A stretch of DNA of 64,000 nucleotides. Origin: a virus (lineage: Duplodnaviria > Heunggongvirae > Uroviricota > Caudoviricetes). The stretch lies in the IMG/VR virus record IMGVR_UViG_3300029846_000001; one strand, written 5' to 3'. Shown piece after piece: positions 59,241 through 64,000 of the stretch (its first letter is position 1; every line of letters starts with the position of its first letter). The translations under genes and the position numbers were made by a program. The notes beneath the pieces were generated by a model. That model ran no database searches. It was not told where the DNA came from and saw only the letters and a list, made by a program, of their open reading frames with translations.

Positions 59241-59588
59241 TTATTTTTGTGGTATTATTTGACTGTACGCAGACTTTTCCATGTACACAATACTATGCTC
59301 CTGTCCAAGTATTTTCTTTGCTGCTTCTTTCTTTATCGCGCAATATCTCCCTGTACGATACGGATTCTTTTGATCTGATCCATCCTCAACTTCGATAATA
59401 AAACAACCTCCGTCATCTATTATCTTTTTGCAATTGTCACATATTTCTCCCGTGCATATATGATGCGGCGCCTGCCCTTTGATGTTATTCCCTAATAAAG
59501 CAATCCCCATCTCTTCACCGCATACTATGCATAGTTCTATGGATGGATTCAACCCATGCTCTGGATGCAATACAATACCGTCTTTCAT
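59241..59588 (-). CDS. hypothetical zinc-binding protein, 115 aa
   Basis: CIVCGEE...HHICTGEICDNCKK Cys/His clusters. Confidence 0.45.
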   Translation of the reverse strand: MKDGIVLHPEHGLNPSIELCIVCGEEMGIALLGNNIKGQAPHHICTGEICDNCKKIIDDGGCFIIEVEDGSDQKNPYRTGRYCAIKKEAAKKILGQEHSIVYMEKSAYSQIIPQK

Positions 59589-59989
59589 TTTCTATCCTCC
59601 TTTATTAATTCTATTATAAACTTTTTATCTTGTTCCCACAATGGCAGCCCTTCTTTTACTGTGTATGCCACTGTTTCCCTCTCTCCTATTAATCGCACGG
59701 CAATCTCTCTTGCTTTCAAGTCATCCTCCTCATGCGATTTGTTTATTAAATCATAGGCACATGATTCCACCTTTTGCCTTTCGATTATTATCGAACCCAT
59801 TAACTCGCTTATATGCGATCCTAAAAACGATAAGACATTAATAGCTTTCCCAATATCATTTGAAATAGCACTTGCTAAATACATCTTATCCATATACTCC
59901 GGCAAAGCCTCGTATGCCGTTTCTATGTTTTTATACTGATTTTCGTTTACCTCCCTTTTAATCAGTTCTTCAAATTCTTCTTTTAACAT
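59585..59989 (-). CDS. hypothetical protein, about 135 aa (start trimmed to the internal Met MLKEEFEEL)
   Basis: The ORF-track N-terminal 49 codons read through the tRNA-like element B and are unlikely to be coding. Confidence 0.5.
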   Translation of the reverse strand: MLKEEFEELIKREVNENQYKNIETAYEALPEYMDKMYLASAISNDIGKAINVLSFLGSHISELMGSIIIERQKVESCAYDLINKSHEEDDLKAREIAVRLIGERETVAYTVKEGLPLWEQDKKFIIELIKEDRK

Positions 59990-60012
59990 GTTCTTCCCTA
60001 TTTTAATGTTGT

Positions 60013-60079
60013 GTGAGATCGCCGGAATCGAACCGACTTGCTGCACCATGAATCCCATAAAGCAAGTGCTCCGATCTTC
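60013..60079 (-). tRNA. tRNA-like element B (canonical T-arm gtcgg-TTCGATT-ccggc, acceptor-like pairing gaagatc/gatctca; short D-arm, non-canonical)
   Basis: Minus-strand T-arm plus 3' acceptor strand with a 5-bp complementary 5' strand; total about 67 nt; not foldable into a standard cloverleaf by eye. Confidence 0.3.
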
Positions 60080-60325
60080 GCAGACGGGAGCACTCTGTCT
60101 AAAGCATAAGAAAATTAATGAAGAAATTTTTCTCACTTACGCCATAGCATCTAAAATAGCTATCAGCACTATTTCTATGACAAACATAATAGAAAATATC
60201 TTAAATGCCTTTTTCATATCGCTATCTCCTCCTTTTTATTTTTTTTTAGTTCCACAATAAACTGTTCCGGCTCTGCTCCGACCTACGTTCCACCTACAAC
60301 CGCAGGCCTTAGCCCAAGGCGCCGC

Positions 60326-60586
60326 CTACTCCCCCTCTATGGCAGCCTGTTCGTACCTACAAAGCCAGTCTCCATCTACACAACTAACACTACGCGATAA
60401 TAAACATTTATCCTTATAACAATCATTAAAAATACACCCCTCACAACTGTAATCCTTAACTTCTTCACAGCTAACTACCTTAGCATATACTATACCATCA
60501 CCGTCTTCTATTCCTTTTACCCCAAAAATAGAACCTTCTTCCTCCTTACTCAAATCTAAGTCAGGCGCAAAATCATATACGGGCAT
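60326..60586 (-). CDS. hypothetical Cys-rich protein, 86 aa
   Basis: CEEVKDYSCEGCIFNDCYKDKCLLSRSVSCVDGDWLC. Confidence 0.45.
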   Translation of the reverse strand: MPVYDFAPDLDLSKEEEGSIFGVKGIEDGDGIVYAKVVSCEEVKDYSCEGCIFNDCYKDKCLLSRSVSCVDGDWLCRYEQAAIEGE

Positions 60587-60685
60587 GTTGGTTATGTTTT
60601 AATTGTTATACATTCCGATTACTACTAATCTATAGAATATAGTTTTCAACTCTCAACCTATTGAATTTTGTAGAATAAACTCACA

Positions 60686-61200
60686 TTATGCTGTTTTAAA
60701 GCACTGTAAGTCTTAATTTTGTAGGAAAACCCTACATAATGCTGTTTTAAAACGCTGATCTGTTGAATTTTGTGGGAAGGGACTATAGAACGCTGTTTTA
60801 AAACGCTGATAGTCTTAATCTTGTTGAATAGTCTTAATTTTGTTGAGCTGATAGTCTTAATTTTGTTGAGAAGGGACTATAGAACGCTGTTTTAAAACGC
60901 TGATAGTCTTAATCTTGTTGAATAGTCTTAATTTTGTTGAGAGGAAGTGCCCTATTTTGTTGAGAAGGGACTATAGAACGCTGTTTTAAAACGCTGATCT
61001 GTTGAATTTTGGGGGAAGGGACTATAGAACGCTGTTTTAAAACGCTGATAGTCTTAATCTTGTTGAATAGTCTTAATTTTGTTGAGAGGAAGTGCCCTAT
61101 TTTGTTGAGAAGGGACTATAGAACGCTGTTTTAAAACGCTGATAGTCTTAATTTTGTTGAGAGGAAGTGCCCTATTTTGTTGAGAGGAAGTGCCCTCCCT
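60686..61200. repeat. complex iteron array: about 7 copies of aagggactatagaacgctgttttaaaacgctgat, about 9 of agtcttaat(c/t)ttgttga(a/g) and 4 of aggaagtgccctattttgttgag (candidate replication origin or regulator-binding array)
   Basis: Seen directly; the core gttttaaaac is a perfect 10-bp palindrome; sits in a 780-bp noncoding gap inside the minus-strand early block. Confidence 0.85.
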
Positions 61201-61365
61201 CTCCCCAACCCCGGCTGATCCTCCGACTTTCCGCATAGAACCTGCGCTCTGGAGCCTCACTACAGGCATACGGAGAACGCTACTGAGCTATACTATGGCA
61301 TGGGATATGGGGTGTTTGGAGATAATATCATTCCATAGAGAAAATAGAGACCTTCAGCCCACGCC

Positions 61366-61551
61366 CTACCGTCTGCTTCTCCTATCAAGATAGATATTCA
61401 AGCCTATAATCAAAGCCAATAAGGAAAAGCAAAAGACCATTACAATATTATACTGATCCGGTCCGTACTCCAACATAGAACGAATACCAACCGACAGAAA
61501 ATAAAAGTCAGCTACTAATAAAAACCACCACATAAAATAAAAAAAATACAA
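61366..61551 (-). CDS. small membrane protein, 61 aa
   Basis: Two hydrophobic helices; ORF just above the length cutoff. Confidence 0.3.
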   Translation of the reverse strand: MYFFYFMWWFLLVADFYFLSVGIRSMLEYGPDQYNIVMVFCFSLLALIIGLNIYLDRRSRR

Positions 61552-61904
61552 TAAGTATGTCCGAAAATACGGGTATTATAAAACCTAACTAATTGATAAT
61601 CAAGCATACCTCATTTTTAAAAAAAATACAATAAGCCTAATTTTCAATCCATAGAGACGAAAAAGGCGGCATCCGACGCCCTATTTTGGGTCAGAAAACC
61701 GCCTAAAGTTTCGTTTTAGACCAATTTTAACGGCATGATATAGACAAAATACCGGCATTATATCCAAACTATCCTATTTTAGTTTCGTTTTAGACCAATA
61801 TAGCTCACATCCGCCGTTCACTCTCAGAATATCTTACCCTTAAATTGAAAGGATAGGATACGAAAATAGGGCTGCTCCGATATTCGGAACAACCCTACTC
61901 CTGT

Positions 61905-62111
61905 TTAAATACTGTTTATGTTTTCTTTCACGTATGTTCGTGATGTATGGACTTTGCGTTTGCATTTGTCCTTTCCTGTATCGGCATGATACGCTTCTTT
62001 GAGATCACGATACAACATAAATTCACGATACGCTCTTTTCCGCTTTTCTTTAGCTTCTTTCCTGGACAGACCGCGGACGTCTACCATATGAGATTTAAAT
62101 TTCCTTTCCAT
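61905..62111 (-). CDS. small basic protein, 68 aa
   Basis: Lys/Arg-rich (SRKEAKEKRKRAYREF). Confidence 0.35.
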   Translation of the reverse strand: MERKFKSHMVDVRGLSRKEAKEKRKRAYREFMLYRDLKEAYHADTGKDKCKRKVHTSRTYVKENINSI

Positions 62112-62130
62112 TTTCTTTATGCTTTAATTA

Positions 62131-62304
62131 TGATTAACTCCAGCGGTTAAGAGCTTCGATATAGAAACCCTCCGCCTCTTTATACTCACTTTCGCTCAAT
62201 GTTTCCACCGTCTCGATATAGTTACGCAATGTTATTTTTACGCAACTGTTTTTAGATTTATTGAACGCTTCAATTAAAGCGTTGATCATTGCTTTCTTTT
62301 CCAT
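62131..62304 (-). CDS. small hypothetical protein, about 57 aa (MEKKAMINALIEAFNKSKNSCVKITLRNYIETVETLSESEYKEAEGFYIEALNRWS)
   Basis: Hand-translated; below the ORF-track cutoff. Confidence 0.3.
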
Positions 62305-62320
62305 GCTATTATATTATTTA

Positions 62321-62384
62321 GAGGTTGCTCCGGAATCGAACCGGACGCGCATTCCTATCCTATAGAGATTTTATGCTACAACCA
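62321..62384 (-). tRNA. tRNA-like element C (perfect T-arm tccgg-TTCGATT-ccgga plus acceptor-like gcaacct; the 5' half cannot be placed, so a fragment or intron-containing gene)
   Basis: The minus-strand T-arm is a perfect 5-bp stem with a canonical T-loop; the nearest complementary 5' strand (tggttgt) is only 63 nt away, too close for a full tRNA; lies in a 570-bp noncoding region. Confidence 0.25.
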
Positions 62385-62881
62385 ACAGCCCGTAATTAGT
62401 ACGTAGTTCTTGCGTACAGGCTCGTACTATGTTGTTATTATATTTTCCGTCTGCTACACAACTTAGCCACAAATAAAGGCGATTGTGTCCTTGCGTTTTG
62501 ATACGGCACGTCCCTACATGGTAGGCTACATGCTTGTACCCTGTAATTTAATCTACAGCCTTGTTCTATTTTTCGTGTAAGCAAGTAAGACACGTTTCGA
62601 TCTGGAGATAAACCTCGTACAACGGCATGTTTTCCAAACTGTAATCACATACCTAACATAAACCATACCTATTCGGATAGTCCATGCAGTAATACCAGCC
62701 CTTTAATTGCCAACGGCAAGGGCAACGGTATATCTATCTCCAATATGTAAAATAACTCTCTATTTTGTCAGCTTCAGTCTAAAGCATACGCGGGACGTGC
62801 ACCCACTGACAACGGCGTACAGACGCGTTTAACGGTACGCGTCAAACCTTTGGAGAGCTTAACGGCGCTCTCCGTGCCTTG

Positions 62882-63421
62882 TTACTGCTGGTTGCTTTCA
62901 TGTGCGAGGTATTCACTTACACACTTTGCCACAGTGCGAATAGAATAAGATTTGATCTTAACAGCCACATAAGTAGATTTGTACTCGTCGGTTTCTTTTA
63001 CCAACCATTTAGTACTTTTTTTATTCTCCAATGATTCGGCAGTAGTAAAACCAAATGCTTTATATTCGCTACCGTAAACCACATTCTCAGCGCACCAATC
63101 AGCCGTTTTAGCTTCAATTCCTTTTTCTTTGTCCGCATTGGTATCCTTATATACTTTAGAGTATAAAGCAAATTTAACAAAGGTATTATCAACTTTCGGT
63201 AACATTTGGCTACACACGGCTACCAGGCTTTTTTTATCCTTGGCGAGGGCTGCAACCTTTACGGCGTATTCTGCCGGTATTTCCAAAGCCTTGCAAATAG
63301 CCTTTAGATCAGCTCCATTAGCAAATAGAGCGTTGTACAGTTTAACAGCACCTACCAAATTTGCAGCATTTTCTTTGATAACGGCATTCTGTAGTTTGTT
63401 TACATTTTTTTTCGTAATCAT
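62882..63421 (-). CDS. hypothetical protein, about 180 aa (start trimmed to MITKKNV)
   Basis: ORF; Ala/Lys-rich. Confidence 0.5.
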   Translation of the reverse strand: MITKKNVNKLQNAVIKENAANLVGAVKLYNALFANGADLKAICKALEIPAEYAVKVAALAKDKKSLVAVCSQMLPKVDNTFVKFALYSKVYKDTNADKEKGIEAKTADWCAENVVYGSEYKAFGFTTAESLENKKSTKWLVKETDEYKSTYVAVKIKSYSIRTVAKCVSEYLAHESNQQ

Positions 63422-63479
63422 ATCCCAATATATTTTAATTGTTAAACAAATGATATTCAAATTAATGACCCACAACGCA

Positions 63480-63830
63480 GGCAATTACAGATACATATAT
63501 AGTTAGCCCAACGGGTACACTATATAGGTTCACTATGTTAACTCGTAATCTCTCTCGATCACGACGCAAATATACGACAGTTATCAATACTACAAATATA
63601 TATGCTATCTTTTTTTTGTTAATTTGTATTAATTTCGATTATATTATCTGATTATCAGCAAGTTATAAAACGAACGAGAGCAGTGTTATACGCGTACATT
63701 AATATGTAGGATATATGCTTATTTAAGTGGCTTATAATCAATATGTTATAATAACACATTGATTATCAATAATTTAAATAAGTGGTTGATAATCAGAGAG
63801 TTTATATATTTGAGATAAAAACGCGTTTCC
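63480..63830. promoter_or_regulatory. AT-rich control region with repeated TGATTATCA / TGATAATCA motifs (4 copies, both orientations)
   Basis: Motifs at about 63646, 63760 and 63790 plus a degenerate copy at 63730; upstream of the first minus-strand gene. Confidence 0.3.
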
Positions 63831-63874
63831 GGTTTTCCAGCGAAGGGGGTGTGGGGAAGAAAACGCGTTTCGGG
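63827..63874. promoter_or_regulatory. two copies of the palindrome AAAACGCGTTTC spaced about 32 bp apart, in a locally G-rich stretch
   Basis: aaaacgcgtttcc at 63827-63839 and gaaaacgcgtttcggg at 63859-63874. Confidence 0.3.
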
Positions 63875-63900
63875 GGCGGGAGGTTCGTGATAGGTACCCC

Positions 63901-64000
63901 CTCTCTCCCATCACATAAACATCTTTCATATCCCTCATCACATAAACCTCTTTCTCATATCTCTCCCATCACATAAACATCTTTCATATCCCTCATCACA
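63901..64000. repeat. tandem direct repeats, about 58-60 bp period (ctctcccatcacataaacatctttcatatccctcatcacataaacctctttctcatat), running off the window edge
   Basis: At least 1.7 units visible; each unit is itself two diverged roughly 29-bp sub-repeats. Confidence 0.8.

Noticed and set aside
59990-60136. N-terminal 49 codons of ORF 59585-60136
   Set aside because: They are a read-through across the tRNA-like T-arm element. An internal Met at 59989 gives a sensible start.
61054-61393. ORFs 61054-61269(-) and 61190-61393(+) inside or next to the iteron array
   Set aside because: Their translations are repeat-derived and low-complexity (duplicated peptide LPLNKIKTI). They overlap the repeat array and a C-rich noncoding segment.
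58765-62384. tRNA-like loci considered as attP cores indicating a temperate lifestyle
   Set aside because: No integrase, excisionase or repressor module is present, and there are three such loci on the same strand. Carried tRNA or tRNA-like genes are more plausible than attachment sites.
63901-64000. Tandem repeats at the window edge considered as a CRISPR array
   Set aside because: The units alternate between two diverged 29-bp variants with no unique spacers, and no cas genes are present. These are plain tandem direct repeats.

Overview
The window is a gene-dense, AT-rich (about 35-40% GC by eye) stretch of a large dsDNA bacteriophage genome. I saw no rRNA and no lysogeny or integrase genes.

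Gene layout:
- 1-28.8 kb, plus strand: a block dominated by three giant ORFs of 1019, 2213 and 2140 aa. They are most plausibly virion, tail or ejected proteins, as in crAss-like and other large Bacteroidota phages. That taxonomic guess is inference only.
- 28.9-63.5 kb, minus strand: a tiled block of about 75 mostly small genes. It carries a replication and DNA-metabolism set: a Zn-ribbon/TOPRIM primase, a DnaB-like helicase, an SF2 DEAD/DEAH helicase, a Cas4-like Fe-S nuclease, a C5 cytosine methyltransferase and a stand-alone ABC ATPase.
- The minus block also contains an NfeD-flotillin-acyl-carrier-protein gene trio.

Points of most interest:
1. An accessory island at 13.7-21.0 kb, between structural genes and bounded by hairpin terminators, carries a small HTH protein, a Bro-N antirepressor-like gene and a complete IscB (OMEGA RNA-guided nuclease) with PLMP, RuvC and HNH motifs. 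A 225-nt structured noncoding element, a candidate omega RNA, sits immediately upstream of IscB.
2. A second, inverted copy of that element lies 30 kb away at 47.9-48.2 kb with no adjacent nuclease. The two copies show compensatory base changes.
3. Four small genes that follow the giant genes share an MRRR(F/Y) N-terminus. One of them is interrupted at a G6 homopolymer.
4. The 3' end of the 2213-aa gene and the start of the 752-aa gene are duplicated around a pair of cassette-like paralogs.
5. A roughly 520-bp complex iteron array lies at 60.7-61.2 kb.
6. Three minus-strand tRNA-like loci have perfect T-arms. I could not fold complete cloverleaves by eye.
7. A/T-rich repeat motifs, AAACGCGTTT palindromes and 58-bp tandem repeats run off the right edge of the window.
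8. Short, strongly GC-rich patches are embedded in frame inside several genes.
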